The position numbers were made by a program, and so were the translations under genes. Shown in pieces: positions 31,963 to 43,134 of a stretch of 64,000 bases of DNA; position 1 is the stretch's first letter; the number at the start of each line of letters is the position of its first letter. Source of the stretch: Candidatus Entotheonellaceae bacterium (GTDB lineage: Bacteria; Tectomicrobia; Entotheonellia; Entotheonellales; Entotheonellaceae); the NCBI GenBank assembly GCA_965238075.1, contig OZ250173.1, positions 544,001-608,000 of the forward strand, read 5' to 3'. Below the pieces are notes generated by a model that was not told where the DNA came from, did no database searches, and worked only from the letters and a program-made list of their open reading frames with translations.

Positions 31963-32535
31963 ATGATACCCCGCTCGCAAGCCCTGAAGCACCTGGCCGC
32001 CCTGCGCACCGATGAAATCGTCCTCACCGCCATGATGGCGGTCAGACAGTGGGCAGCGTTTTCGGACCATCAGCTTGATTTCAGCACCATCGGCACCGGC
32101 ATGGGACACGCCTCGGACATCGGCCTCGGCTTGGCGCTGGCACAACCCGAGCGCCGGATCATCGTCCTCAACGGCGACGGCAGCATGCTGATGAACCTCG
32201 GCCAACTGGTCACCATCGCGCAGCAGGCGCCGTCGAATCTCATCCTCATGGTGCTGCACAACGGCACCTACGAGGTCACCGGCGGACAGCCCATCCCCGG
32301 ACCCGCCAACCTCGATTTCGCCGGCATGGCGCGCGCCGCCGGCATCGCCAAGTCGTATGACTTCGACGAGCTCGACGCCTTTACTGCCGCCCTGCCCGAC
32401 ATCCTGAACGGCCAAGGCCCCAACTTCGTCAACCTGCGGGTCGTGGCAGACGAAATTCCCTTGCCGCCGCCGTCCCGCCAGCCGCTGCCGCAGCGCGCCG
32501 CGCAACTGATGAAAGCCCTGGGTGTAACGACCTGA
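31963..32535 (+). CDS. TPP-dependent decarboxylase, C-terminal (ComE-like) subunit
   Basis: MGHAS, NGDGSMLMNLG...HNG TPP-binding motif, TGGQ. Confidence 0.85.
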   Translation: MIPRSQALKHLAALRTDEIVLTAMMAVRQWAAFSDHQLDFSTIGTGMGHASDIGLGLALAQPERRIIVLNGDGSMLMNLGQLVTIAQQAPSNLILMVLHNGTYEVTGGQPIPGPANLDFAGMARAAGIAKSYDFDELDAFTAALPDILNGQGPNFVNLRVVADEIPLPPPSRQPLPQRAAQLMKALGVTT

Positions 32536-32595
32536 CCACCAGCAGCCAGCCCTCGAGACGCTCCCTCCCCCGCGTCGGAATCGAAAGGACACCCC

Positions 32596-35118
32596 GTGGC
32601 CGGATCGCTTGACAACGTGCGCGTGCTTGAACTCACCCGAGGCGTTGCGGGACCCTACGCCGCGAAGCTGCTGGCCGACCAGGGCGCTGACGTTATCAAG
32701 CTGGAGCCGCCGAGCGGCGACGACAGCCGCGCCTTCGGGCCATTCCCGAACGACGAAGCGCACCCGGAGCGCTCCGGGCTATTCCTGCATCTGAATCGTA
32801 ACAAGAAGTCCATCGTTGTCGATCCGGCCAGCCCGGACGGCGCCGAGATCATCCCACGGCTCGCCACGCGGGCGCATATCGTGCTGGAAGATTACCCCGC
32901 CGGCTCGGCCGACGCCTGGGGCTGGGGCTGGCCAACATTGCAAGCAACCAACCCGGCCCTGGTGCTGACGTCCGTCACGCCGTTCGGGCAAAGCGGACCG
33001 TATCGCGACTACCGCGGCTCGGAACTCACCCTGCAAGCCATGGGCGGCCCGCTGATTACCAACGGCCACGAGGACCGCGAACCGCTCAAGCTGGCTGGCC
33101 ATTATGCCCACTACCACGCCGGCATGGTGGCAGCGGTAGCCACCCTGATGGCGCTGCGCCGCGCCGAGGCGAGCGGAGAAGGCGACTGGATCGACGTGTC
33201 GGTGTACGAGTGCCAGGCCGGTTGCCGCGACCGCCAATCCACCAATCTGACCATCGCGGCGTATACGGGTATGTCCGTGGGCCGCGGGCCCTCCGGCTGG
33301 CGCATGGGCGCCGGCGTGCGTCCATGCCGCGACGGCTACGTGAATATCATGGGCGCCGCCAACCGCCTGCCGCGCCTGCTGCGACTGATCGGCCGCGAGG
33401 ACCTCCTTGACCACCCGCAAATCGGCGCTCCCATGGGCACCGAGCCACAGGCGCTCGTCGACGCCGTCGAAAGCGCCTACGCCGCCTGGCTGGCGCCGCT
33501 CAGCAGACGTGAGGCCGTCGCCGCGGCGCAGGCCGGAGGACTGCTGGCGGGACCCGTGCATACGGTGGCAGACGTACTGCAAGACCCTCATTTCCTGGCG
33601 CGAGGCGTCTGGGACACCGTCGATCATCCCGAAACCGGGCCGTTACAATACCCCGGACGGCCGTTCGTCCTGACCCGTTCGCCGCGCCGCCAACAACAGC
33701 GCGCTCCGCTGCTCGATGAACACGCCCGCGAGCGCGATACGGCGTGGCCCTGGACAGCGCCCACACCGCCCTCGAAGACCCACCACGCCCCGCTCCCTTT
33801 GCCGCTCGATGGCCTGCGGGTGGCGGAAATCACCGTCGTGTGGGCCGGGCCGCACGTCACCCAGCTCCTGGGCGAGTGGGGCGCCGACATCGTGCGCGTC
33901 GAGCCGCTGAACAAGCCGCAACCCTACACGCGCGGCATGGAGGGCGTGCCGACCCGCGAGCAGGCGCGCCGGCTCAGCGCCCAGGGCATCCCCTCGCGCC
34001 TGGCCGGCAGCGACCCGCAACTCGACCCCTGGAACCGCAACGCCTCCTTCAACTCGCACGCCCGCAACAAGCGCTCCATGGCCTGCGATATCATGACCCC
34101 CGAAGGTCACGAGGCCCTGCTGCGCCTCGTCGAGCATTGCGACGTGCTGGTCGAAAACAACGCGCCGCAAACGATGGACAAAGCCGGTATCAGCTGGGAA
34201 ACGCTGCATCGCATCAACCCCCGCCTCATCATGCTGCGCATGCCGGCCTTCGCGCTCGACGGTCCGTACCGCAACTACCGCGCCTTCGGCCTGCACGTGG
34301 AAGCCATGATCGGCCACACTCATCTACGCGGCTATCCCGGTCAGGGCCCCGAGCTACTGAGCGAATCACTGGCCAGCGACGGCCTCGCCGGCGTGCAGGG
34401 CGCCCTCACGGTGCTGATGGCGCTGCGTCACCGCGAACGCACCGGCCAGGGGCAACTCATCGAAATGCCCCTGCCGGAAGGCTTCCTGCCGACCCTCGGC
34501 GAGTTCATCATGGATTACACCATGAACGGCCGCGACACGCCGTCGCAGGGCAATCGGCATCGCTGGCACGCTCCGCACAACGTGTATCCGTGCCAAGGCG
34601 ACGACAACTGGATCGCCGTTGATGTAGGAACGGATGCCGAGTTTGCCGCCCTGTGCGGAGTTCTGAAGGCGCCGCGTCTGGCCGACGAGCCGCGCTTTCG
34701 CACCGCCGCGTCGCGGTTGCAGAACGTCGACGCGTTGGACACAGCCCTCGCGTCTCTGACCCCGGCGCACGAAAAGGACGCCCTCTTCCGCTCCCTGCAA
34801 GCCGTCGGCGTGTGCGCCGCGCCGGTGCGTCGGGCGCTCGAAATCCTGCGCGACCCCCATCTCGCGGCACGCGGGTTTTTCGAGGAATTGCCGACCGGCG
34901 ACGAGCAGCGCCCGTATCTCTACCCCGGTTTGATTTTCCACATGGCGCGCACACCGAACGCCCTGCGCACCGGTCCCGTTCGCTTGGGCGAACACAACCG
35001 GGAAATCTACTGCGACCTGCTTGGCTACTCGCCCGCCGAGCTCGCCGCCCTGGAACAGCAGGGCCACGTCGGCACCGCCCACCCGCCGCACGTCTGGCGC
35101 CCTGAATCGGAAGCATGA
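32596..35118 (+). CDS. Family III CoA-transferase with two fused CaiB/BaiF domains
   Basis: Two repeats: VAGPYAAKLLADQGADVIKLE...NRNKKS and WAGPHVTQLLGEWGADIVRVE...ARNKRS. Confidence 0.92.
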   Translation: MAGSLDNVRVLELTRGVAGPYAAKLLADQGADVIKLEPPSGDDSRAFGPFPNDEAHPERSGLFLHLNRNKKSIVVDPASPDGAEIIPRLATRAHIVLEDYPAGSADAWGWGWPTLQATNPALVLTSVTPFGQSGPYRDYRGSELTLQAMGGPLITNGHEDREPLKLAGHYAHYHAGMVAAVATLMALRRAEASGEGDWIDVSVYECQAGCRDRQSTNLTIAAYTGMSVGRGPSGWRMGAGVRPCRDGYVNIMGAANRLPRLLRLIGREDLLDHPQIGAPMGTEPQALVDAVESAYAAWLAPLSRREAVAAAQAGGLLAGPVHTVADVLQDPHFLARGVWDTVDHPETGPLQYPGRPFVLTRSPRRQQQRAPLLDEHARERDTAWPWTAPTPPSKTHHAPLPLPLDGLRVAEITVVWAGPHVTQLLGEWGADIVRVEPLNKPQPYTRGMEGVPTREQARRLSAQGIPSRLAGSDPQLDPWNRNASFNSHARNKRSMACDIMTPEGHEALLRLVEHCDVLVENNAPQTMDKAGISWETLHRINPRLIMLRMPAFALDGPYRNYRAFGLHVEAMIGHTHLRGYPGQGPELLSESLASDGLAGVQGALTVLMALRHRERTGQGQLIEMPLPEGFLPTLGEFIMDYTMNGRDTPSQGNRHRWHAPHNVYPCQGDDNWIAVDVGTDAEFAALCGVLKAPRLADEPRFRTAASRLQNVDALDTALASLTPAHEKDALFRSLQAVGVCAAPVRRALEILRDPHLAARGFFEELPTGDEQRPYLYPGLIFHMARTPNALRTGPVRLGEHNREIYCDLLGYSPAELAALEQQGHVGTAHPPHVWRPESEA

Positions 35119-35124
35119 GGTAGC

Positions 35125-36117
35125 ATGGACCCCCTCTCCCAAGGCGTCCTCGGGGTTACAGCCGCGCAGGCCGTAAGCCAGAAGCCCCAGGCACGCCGCG
35201 CCGCCTTCATGGGCTTGGTAGCCGGCTTGGCACCGGACGCCGACGTGTTCATCACCTCCGCCACCGATCCTCTACTGTCGCTGCAATTCCATCGCCAGTT
35301 CACCCACGCGCTGGCGTTTATCCCAGTCGGTGCCCTGCTTGTGGCCCTGTTCCTGCATCCCCTCGTGGGCCGCAACGCCCTGCGCTTCAGGACCACTTAC
35401 CTGTTCTGCCTCGCCGGTTACGCCACGCACGGCCTGTTGGACGCCTGCACCTCCTATGGCACGCAACTTCTGTGGCCGTTCTCGGACCTGCGCGTCGCCT
35501 GGAACAACATCTCGATAATCGATCCACTGTTCACCGTACCAATCCTTTTCCTGGTAACGTTTGCCATCTGGCGGAAGTCGCCCATGCTGGCTCGCTGCGC
35601 CCTCGTCTGGGCCGTGGCATACCTGATGATCGGCGTCGTACAGCGTGACCGCGCTGCTGCCATCGGCCATGGCGTAGCGGCAACGCGGGGACACGTTGTC
35701 GAACGGCTTTCGGCCAAGCCGACATTTGCCAACCTCCTGGTGTGGAAAATCATCTACGAAGCGGAAGGCATGTTCTACGTCGATGCCGTGCGAGTGGGCC
35801 TCAGCAGCCGCCACTACCCCGGCACCGCCATTGCCAAGCTGGATATCGCCCGCGACCTGCCATGGCTGCAGTCTGGTAGCCAGCAGGCGCGCGACGTGGA
35901 GCGCTTCCGCTGGTTCTCGGGCGACTACCTGGCCCTGGCCAGCGAGAATACGATCACCGATATCCGCTACTCCCTGGTGCCCAACGAAATCGAAGGTTTG
36001 TGGCACATCGCCCTCAATTCCCGCGCCGCGCCGCACGAACACGTTCGCTCCGTCGGCCGTCGTACCGTCACGGCCGGCAAATGGCAGGCGTTCAGAGACA
36101 TGCTGCTGGGAAACTGA
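35125..36117 (+). CDS. Membrane metal-dependent hydrolase (YdjM-like)
   Basis: MDPLSQ, PDAD, HRQFTH, THGLLDACTSYGTQLLWPF, IIDP. Confidence 0.88.
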   Translation: MDPLSQGVLGVTAAQAVSQKPQARRAAFMGLVAGLAPDADVFITSATDPLLSLQFHRQFTHALAFIPVGALLVALFLHPLVGRNALRFRTTYLFCLAGYATHGLLDACTSYGTQLLWPFSDLRVAWNNISIIDPLFTVPILFLVTFAIWRKSPMLARCALVWAVAYLMIGVVQRDRAAAIGHGVAATRGHVVERLSAKPTFANLLVWKIIYEAEGMFYVDAVRVGLSSRHYPGTAIAKLDIARDLPWLQSGSQQARDVERFRWFSGDYLALASENTITDIRYSLVPNEIEGLWHIALNSRAAPHEHVRSVGRRTVTAGKWQAFRDMLLGN

Positions 36118-36173
36118 ATGGCCAGCCTGGAATGCAGGGTTCAGATTGGAAACAGCACTCTGGGTGCCTTTAG

Positions 36174-36562
<389 letters not shown>

Positions 36563-36580
<18 letters not shown>

Positions 36581-38486
36581 GATTTTTTGAACTGCCTCAA
36601 AGAATGGCAAACTCTCGCGGCTGGCTTATTGGCGGTGATTGCTGCGATAGGTACGATGTGCGTTGTGTGGAAACAACTCAATTTTCAGAAGCGGCAGTCC
36701 AAGGAACGTCTTCGCCGACGCCAACTGGCATGTCGGGCCGCTTTACCAGCCGACTTGAGTACCATCATTAAAGTGCGTTCACTTTGATACCAAGAATTTC
36801 TCGAACTCCAGGTCGAGTTCGAATCTTGGCCACAACCGCGAGACCAACCGTTGCGGATCGGCATTGATACGATCGATGAAGGCTTTGCAGGCATCAAAGA
36901 GATGGCGCATGGAGGCATGACAGAAATTGCGCGTCACCTCTTCGCGCATCCACTTCCAGAGACCTTCAATCGGATTCAGGTCTGGGCTATAGCTTGGCAG
37001 AGCGACCAACGTGAAGCCCAATTCCGAAGCCGCCGCTTGCACACGCTTGGCCTTGTGCCACGGGGCGCCGTCCCAGATGAGTACGACCTCACCAGGCTCA
37101 TCACCCATCCAAGCGGCAACGTGGTGTAAGAATTCGATCGTATGGGCTTGGTTACAGGAGCCCTCGTTCCAGATGAAACACTGGCCGCAGGAGAAATCGT
37201 AGGCGCCATACCAGTTGATGCGTTCAGCCAAAGAGGCACAGCCGCTCAGACGCCAAGCGGGTTTGCCCTCGGGCGCCCAGGTGTAGCCCAGGTCCATATC
37301 GCGGTGCAGATGGGCTTCATCGATATAGAGCAAGCGGATATCCCGGCGACAAAGCCGCGCCAACAATTCCTGGAATTGTTGGACAAAGGCGGCACGACGT
37401 TGCGGGTCGGCCTTCTTGAGCACTTTTTGGCATTTCTTCCAACTCAGTCTTTGAGCCCGCAGGACTCGGTGCAAGGTCGTGCGGCTGCATGCGTAGCCGA
37501 TGACCTGTTCAAGCCAACGTCGCAACTTTTTCAAGGTCCAGGCATGGCCTGGCAGGCCATGGTCGAGCGGGTCGGTCTCGACGACCGTGCGGACGAGTTG
37601 ATCGAGTTGCTCTTGGCCAAAAGGGGGTGGCGGCCTCCGGTGTGACGATAGATGACGCCCGCGAGGCCGGCCAAATTGTAACGATGCACCCAACTCAGGA
37701 CGGTCTCCTTGGTATGTCCGATGTGGGCTGCCCAGGTAGTCGCATTGGTTTGCTGAGAGGCGATCATGTAGAGGGCCAGGAGACGCTCGCGACTGCGTGG
37801 ATGCTGGGCGTTGACCGCGAGGCGTCGCAAATCAGCCAAGCTGTGACCCCAGGTGTTCAAATCGGGTCGAACCATCGTTTCCTCCGTTTTCGGTGGGGAG
37901 AGAGATACGCTTATAGATGGTTCTATCACACAGGGCCTGTCCATAGCCAAAATTCTTGGTCTCAATAGGGATCTACATTAGATATCTTGAAGATTGCTCT
38001 TGTGCAGTCACAACAGCACTACGACAAAAGTTGGAACCACAAGAAAAACGCACCGTTATCGAGATCCCCAAGCTTGAGGATCGGGTTATCAAAAATCTAC
38101 AAGACCTCATCGAGCATATCGTGGATGAACGCAATGCCGAAGCCATTGTCGAGATTCTGAGGATTTATCAAATACAATATTCTTGGCTTAGCTGGATGTT
38201 GGCTGGGTTTAATCATCCTAACAGGAATCGAATTGTAACGATAGAAGATGTCGTTCCTAGAATAGTCAAGTTATTTCTTCATGTAGAATCAGCATTCCGA
38301 TTTTCCCGCAACGAGGTAGAAACGATACCGAAATTGCAAATCCGTGAGGAAGATCTTGATCGGGCTTTTTTGGCCCTGCAATTATTCGATATCATCTCAG
38401 AGAAGTGTAAAGAGAAGTGCAAAAGGATGTGCCTTAAGGCTCAGGAACAGACCCTGCGTGATTTGGCGCACGATAAGCGGTGCTGA
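36563..38486 (+). pseudogene. Low-GC hypothetical membrane-anchored protein (~237 aa) split by IS630
   Basis: Removing the IS and one TA joins ...ADLSTII to RYLEDCS... in frame (36563-36770 + 37981-38486). Confidence 0.8.
36771..37978 (-). mobile_element. IS630 family insertion sequence (1208 bp)
   Basis: TA duplication at 36769-70 and 37979-80; imperfect 29-bp TIRs sharing TTGAnACCAAGAATTT; HTH ORF 37531-37875 and DDE ORF to 36779 (YIDEAH, IWDGAPWH, SYSPDLNPIEGLW) overlapping at CCCCCTTTT. Confidence 0.93.
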
Positions 38487-38514
38487 GTCCGGGCAGAGCA
38501 TGCTTAGAGGGTAC

Positions 38515-38616
38515 TGCATTGCGGCGGCGGCAAGAGTCCTCCAGGTGAGTGCGGATTACCTATTAGAGCTCACTGAAAACATGACGCCAAAAATGATAGA
38601 GGCCGCCGTAGCGTGA
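38515..38616 (+). pseudogene. C-terminal fragment of XRE-type HTH protein
   Basis: IAAAARVLQVSADYLLELTE resembles the end of an HTH_3 domain. Confidence 0.4.
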
Positions 38617-38977
38617 AACCTTGGCGGGAAACCCCGCTACGGCAGTATCGCCCGCGTAACAAGTCACACGAAGGGAGTAAGGATTCTATGACCTCCCAGC
38701 AGGCAACCACAAGCGGGGCGACCGGCCTGCATCTTCGCTTGGCGAGCCTGGCGTGGCCGGACACCGCTGAGGTGGTCGGGGAAGTCCGCTGGATGGGGAG
38801 AGAACTTTAAGTCTGTACACCGAAACGCTGCACCAACCGGCCAACCTGTAATGTTTCGGGGATATCGCTGATATTCTGACAACTAAATGCGAGCGACAAT
38901 CTCGCTTATCCACCGCGCGGCTTGGTCGGGCCGCCATGCTTACACCAAGCCTAGATAACCGATACCCTCCCTTTGGT

Positions 38978-39307
38978 CTATCGTCCAAGTGCCGCCTGTT
39001 CCACTGTTTCGGTCAGCCAGGCGTTGAGGCTCTTGCCTGCGCCCTTGGCAGCTGCGGCTGCGGCCCGATGGACCTCCGGCGGGACCCGCAGGGGAATCTT
39101 CCCGGAGAAGGGCTTGTCCGGCTGACGTCCTCGCTCGGCGCAGACGGTCAGATAATCGTCGATAGAGAACCGAAATTCCTTCTGCAGTTGTTCGACGGAC
39201 GTTCCCTCAAACGTGATGACGTCCCGAGTGTCGACCACTTCGCCGTGAAAAATACCGGCCTCGTCGTCGTATACCACTGCCGCCCGATATCCTTTGTACT
39301 CCATCAT
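38978..39307 (-). CDS. hicB: HicB family antitoxin
   Basis: MEYKGY, FHGEV, DVITFEG, SIDDYL, PDKPFSGKIPLRV, SLNAW. Confidence 0.92.
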   Translation of the reverse strand: MMEYKGYRAAVVYDDEAGIFHGEVVDTRDVITFEGTSVEQLQKEFRFSIDDYLTVCAERGRQPDKPFSGKIPLRVPPEVHRAAAAAAKGAGKSLNAWLTETVEQAALGR

Positions 39308-39558
39308 GGCTCTATCCCAGCCTCCATGAGAAATCGCCGCAGCGAATCCACCGCGCCTTTCCCTGCTTCTTTCTCAGGATGGGGCCGGTGAAAGTGACCG
39401 GCCACGTCATTCAATTCGACGTATACCCTGGAGCCCTCACGTTCCTCGACGTAGGCCCCGAGGGCATCGAGCAGCGATTCAATATCATCCCACCTGATGT
39501 TGGATTGTGTGGGCCGCTTAAAAATCGCTTCCAATATCTTGCGATGTTTCTTTCTCAT
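39304..39558 (-). CDS. hicA: HicA family toxin
   Basis: IRWDDIESLL, EGSRV, FHRPHP; overlaps hicB start. Confidence 0.92.
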   Translation of the reverse strand: MRKKHRKILEAIFKRPTQSNIRWDDIESLLDALGAYVEEREGSRVYVELNDVAGHFHRPHPEKEAGKGAVDSLRRFLMEAGIEP

Positions 39559-39905
39559 GCCTTATTGATATTATCAAATAATATCATGATCAAGGGGAGC
39601 AGGAAAAAATCCGGCTTCTTGACAGCGCGGCGGGTCTGCATGCGCCTGGCGCTTTCGGCACCAAAGAGCCGACGCCCAATTGACGAGCGGCGAGACGAGC
39701 GCCGCCTGACGGCTTGAAAGCCGCCAACAATCAGGAGTTATTTAATGGATGGATAATTAATCAAACGGACGGCAGATGGGCGAAAGGGCCGTTCCCTCTC
39801 TGTAACCGTGACAGGGAGAATTTGATGCGACGCATGTTCGGAGCGGCATTGAACCCAAGCGACGCGATGTGCTACGGTTGCCTCATCCTTACAGCCCTGC
39901 AAAGG

Positions 39906-40095
39906 TACAGCAGTTCAAGATCGGTTGGCACCATGCAAGCCACCGTATCGTCATTCCGGCGCATGCCGAAATCCAGCGACCCCGGATCCAGTCCGGGGCA
40001 GGCTCTTTGTCACCGGAAAGCCACTCGACTCCGGCTTCCGCCGGCGTGACTCGGTCAGTTTGAACACCGTTTCTTTTCAACCTTGAATTGCTTTA
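39906..40095. mobile_element. TA-flanked MITE carrying REP-like doublet (copy 1)
   Basis: Ends TACAGCAGTTCAAG ... CTTGAATTGCTTTA; colinear with reverse complement of 56163-56327. Confidence 0.8.
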
Positions 40096-40128
40096 ACCGT
40101 ACATAACCAATCAGGAGGCACCCTCGTT

Positions 40129-40998
40129 ATGCAACAGCGGCAGCTCGGCGATATCCGCATCACCCGTATCGTGGAATCCACCGGCACCGATTTCCAACCC
40201 CTGACGTTTTTTCCTGAGACCGGCCCCGAGGACTGGGAAGCGCACCGCAATTGGATGCTGCCGCGGGCCATGGATACGGCTTCCGGCAATCTGGTGCTGG
40301 TGTTCCAGGCATTTCTGGTCCAAACGTCGCACCATACCATCGTCGTCGACACGTGCGTGGGCGACAACAAGCCGCGCGAGGCGCGCCCGAGTTGGCACCT
40401 GCAGCAACTCGGTACCTTTCTGCCGCTGCTGGGCAAGGCCGGGGTCACACCCGAGGACGTCGATTACGTGTTTTGTACCCACATGCACTCGGACCACGTC
40501 GGCTGGAACACACAGTTACGCGACGGCCGCTGGGTCCCCACGTTCCCCAACGCGCAGTACGTCTTTGCGCGCGGCGAGCTGGATGCCTGGGAAAAGTTGC
40601 ACCGCGATACCCCGCAGCCGCACCTGATCGACAGCGTGTACCCGATTCTGGAGGCGGGGCAGGCGAAACTGGTCGAACCCGACTTCGCGCTCGACGACGA
40701 GGTGTGGCTGGAATCGACGCCCGGCCACACGCCGGACCACGTGAGTGTGCGGCTGGCGTCGCAAGGGGCGCAGGCGATCATAACCGGCGATCTCATCCAC
40801 AACCCGGTGCAATGCCTCGAACCGGCGTGGATCATGCGGGCCGACTTCGAACCGGAACGCGCCAAAGCGACGCGGCAGAAATTTCTCGACGCGCACTGCG
40901 AGGCCGACATGCTGATCTGCGCCACGCACTTTCCAGAGCCGTCGTTCGGGCGCCTCGTACGGCGCGACGACGCCTTCTGGTTTGACTACGAAGAATAG
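40129..40998 (+). CDS. Metallo-beta-lactamase fold hydrolase
   Basis: THMHSDHVGWN, PGHTPDH, TGD, THF. Confidence 0.92.
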   Translation: MQQRQLGDIRITRIVESTGTDFQPLTFFPETGPEDWEAHRNWMLPRAMDTASGNLVLVFQAFLVQTSHHTIVVDTCVGDNKPREARPSWHLQQLGTFLPLLGKAGVTPEDVDYVFCTHMHSDHVGWNTQLRDGRWVPTFPNAQYVFARGELDAWEKLHRDTPQPHLIDSVYPILEAGQAKLVEPDFALDDEVWLESTPGHTPDHVSVRLASQGAQAIITGDLIHNPVQCLEPAWIMRADFEPERAKATRQKFLDAHCEADMLICATHFPEPSFGRLVRRDDAFWFDYEE

Positions 40999-41010
40999 CG
41001 AATCAGCCGT

Positions 41011-42165
41011 CTATCCCGGCGGCAACCCCAGCCCGCGTGTGGCGATGATGTTGCGCAGGATGGACGAGGTGCCGCCCTGGATCGTGTAGGCGGGGGCGTA
41101 GAGGTAGGCGCGGGCGACGCGGCCATCCAGCGGCGCGCAGGGAGAGCCGGGAAGCAGTTGGCCGTAGCCGCCCATAAGCTCGCTGGCGGCCTGCGCCAGG
41201 CGCTGCTCGAACTCGGTGCAGTACGCCTTGGCGGCTGCCGATTCGGCATTCGGTACGACGCCTTGGGTCAGCAGCCAAGCCACACGGTAGATCATCAGCT
41301 TACCCATGGTGAATTCGATATGCAGTTGCGCCAGCCGGTGCCGCACCACCTCGCTGCGGTCCCTGCCGGTGTCGCGGACGTGGCGCCGTATGACGTCCAT
41401 CAGGGCATAGTTGCTCATCAGCCGCTCAATGCCGCTGCGCTCGTAGTCGAGTTGCGAGGCGATCTGATACCAGCCGCGGTCCTTCTCCCCCACCAGTGCC
41501 TCCTGAGGGATGCGCACGTCATCGAAAAACACCTCGTTGAAGTGGTGCGCGCCGGTCATGTCCACAATGGGCTTGATGGTGATGCCCGGCGTTTTCATGT
41601 CGACCAGAAATTCGCTGATGCCCTTGTGCTTCGGGCCATCCGGCGTGGTGCGGGCCACCAGATAGCAGTAATCCGCCTGGTGCGCAAAGCTCGTCCAGAT
41701 CTTCTGACCATGCAGGACGAATTCGTCCCCCTCTTGCACGGCGCGGGTCTGCAAACCCGCCAGGTCCGACCCCGCCCCCGGTTCGCTCATGCCGATGCAA
41801 AACACCAAATCGCCGGAGACGATCCCCGGCAGGAAGGCGGCCTTCTGCGCCTCGGAACCGTAGCGCAGGATGGACGGCCCCATCTGCCGGTCGCCCAGCC
41901 AGTGCGCCGCCACCGGCGCCCCATGACGCAGAAGCTCCTCGGTGAGAATGAGGCGGTCGAGGTAATTGCGACCCTGCCCGCCGTACTCGCGCGGCCACGT
42001 CAAACCGATCCAGCCGCGCGCCGCCAATTTCTTCGAAAACGCCCGGTCGAAACCGAGAATCCAGGCGTCTTCGGCCACCGCCTCCGAGGACGGCAGCGCC
42101 GCCTGCAAAAAGTCGCGTATCTCCTGCCGAAAGGCTTCTTGTTCGGGTGTGAAACGAAAGTCCAT
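41011..42165 (-). CDS. Acyl-CoA dehydrogenase family protein
   Basis: GMSEPGAGSDLA, GQKIWTS, FNEVFFD, TIQGGTS. Confidence 0.93.
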   Translation of the reverse strand: MDFRFTPEQEAFRQEIRDFLQAALPSSEAVAEDAWILGFDRAFSKKLAARGWIGLTWPREYGGQGRNYLDRLILTEELLRHGAPVAAHWLGDRQMGPSILRYGSEAQKAAFLPGIVSGDLVFCIGMSEPGAGSDLAGLQTRAVQEGDEFVLHGQKIWTSFAHQADYCYLVARTTPDGPKHKGISEFLVDMKTPGITIKPIVDMTGAHHFNEVFFDDVRIPQEALVGEKDRGWYQIASQLDYERSGIERLMSNYALMDVIRRHVRDTGRDRSEVVRHRLAQLHIEFTMGKLMIYRVAWLLTQGVVPNAESAAAKAYCTEFEQRLAQAASELMGGYGQLLPGSPCAPLDGRVARAYLYAPAYTIQGGTSSILRNIIATRGLGLPPG

Positions 42166-42183
42166 GATGCTCCATCAGGCCGC

Positions 42184-42975
42184 TCAAGGCTGGCGCTCGA
42201 AAGTGATGCGCGTACCGACCGGCGCGTTGATCTGCGCCGACGCGTTGCCCTGCGTCAGGGCGATCTCCAGGGTATCGTTGCTGCTGACGAGCGCCACGAG
42301 CTCCCCTCGCGGCTGGTTGCCATAGGTGGCGCAAAAGGGCACCGTCCAGCGTCGTTCGTCGATCGTAAACGAGACATTCTGGCCGACCTGTAACCCCGGC
42401 AGCAGTTCTGGGGTGACGTTGGTGACGGCGTTACCGAAATGGTCGACATGTACGACTTCGCCCATCGCAGCTTGGCCAACTGCGCGCGGTGGACTGACAG
42501 GGAAGGTGACCAAGTCTTCCACAGGCGGCCCGAAATCAGCCGCCGACACCCCACTGGCAAGATGTGCTGCCACCGGAGCAAAGATATCTCGCCCATGAAA
42601 GGTCGACGAAATCCGAGGCCGAAAATAGGCGCTCTCCGTCAACTCGTAAGCCTCGCGCAGCCCGTGTGCTGTCAGTACGTGCGTGAACACGCCGTTATCC
42701 GGCCCGACGAACCACCTATCAGATTGTGCCGCGCACAGCACCGGGCGCCGCGTCGTGCCGACGCCGGGATCGACCACCGTTACCACGATGCTGCCGGCCG
42801 GCAGATAGCGGCTCGACGCCTCCAGCAAATAAGCTGCTTGGCGCACGTTGAACGCCGCCACCTCGTGATTGAGATCAATCACCGTCAGGGCCGCATTGAT
42901 GCTCAGAATGACGCCCTTCATCTGCGCCACGTAAGCATCCCGCACCCCAAAATCGGTGAACAACGCAATCAGCAT
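42184..42975 (-). CDS. SAM hydrolase (DUF62 / SAM-dependent halogenase superfamily)
   Basis: TDFG, VVDPGVG..RRP, GPDNG, STFHGRDIFAP, DHFGN. Confidence 0.9.
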   Translation of the reverse strand: MLIALFTDFGVRDAYVAQMKGVILSINAALTVIDLNHEVAAFNVRQAAYLLEASSRYLPAGSIVVTVVDPGVGTTRRPVLCAAQSDRWFVGPDNGVFTHVLTAHGLREAYELTESAYFRPRISSTFHGRDIFAPVAAHLASGVSAADFGPPVEDLVTFPVSPPRAVGQAAMGEVVHVDHFGNAVTNVTPELLPGLQVGQNVSFTIDERRWTVPFCATYGNQPRGELVALVSSNDTLEIALTQGNASAQINAPVGTRITFERQP

Positions 42976-43000
42976 GTCATCCTATTGCACTCGCCCTGCC

Positions 43001-43035
43001 GCTCCCCTCGACACGGGGAGGGTTGGGGTGAGGGG
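43001..43035. repeat. REP-like hairpin
   Basis: GCTCCCCTCGACACGGGGAGGGTTGGGGTGAGGGG; inverted relative of 12281-12320. Confidence 0.55.
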
Positions 43036-43134
43036 AACTATGTGAGACACTGCCTTCTTGCTGCGTGCACACGCGCTGCCGATTTGGTAGCATAGTGCCC
43101 CATCAAATCCAAAAAGTCGTTTCGGGAGTTCGTC

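Noticed and set aside
36771-36800. Resident IS630 as mobiliser of the MITEs
   Set aside because: Only weak end similarity (TAAAG...TTCA); insufficient to assign.
42184-42975. Possible fluorinase/chlorinase
   Set aside because: Has the Asp-Arg-His pattern (DPGVG..RR, TFHGRD) of DUF62 SAM hydrolases rather than halogenase motifs; no biosynthetic context.
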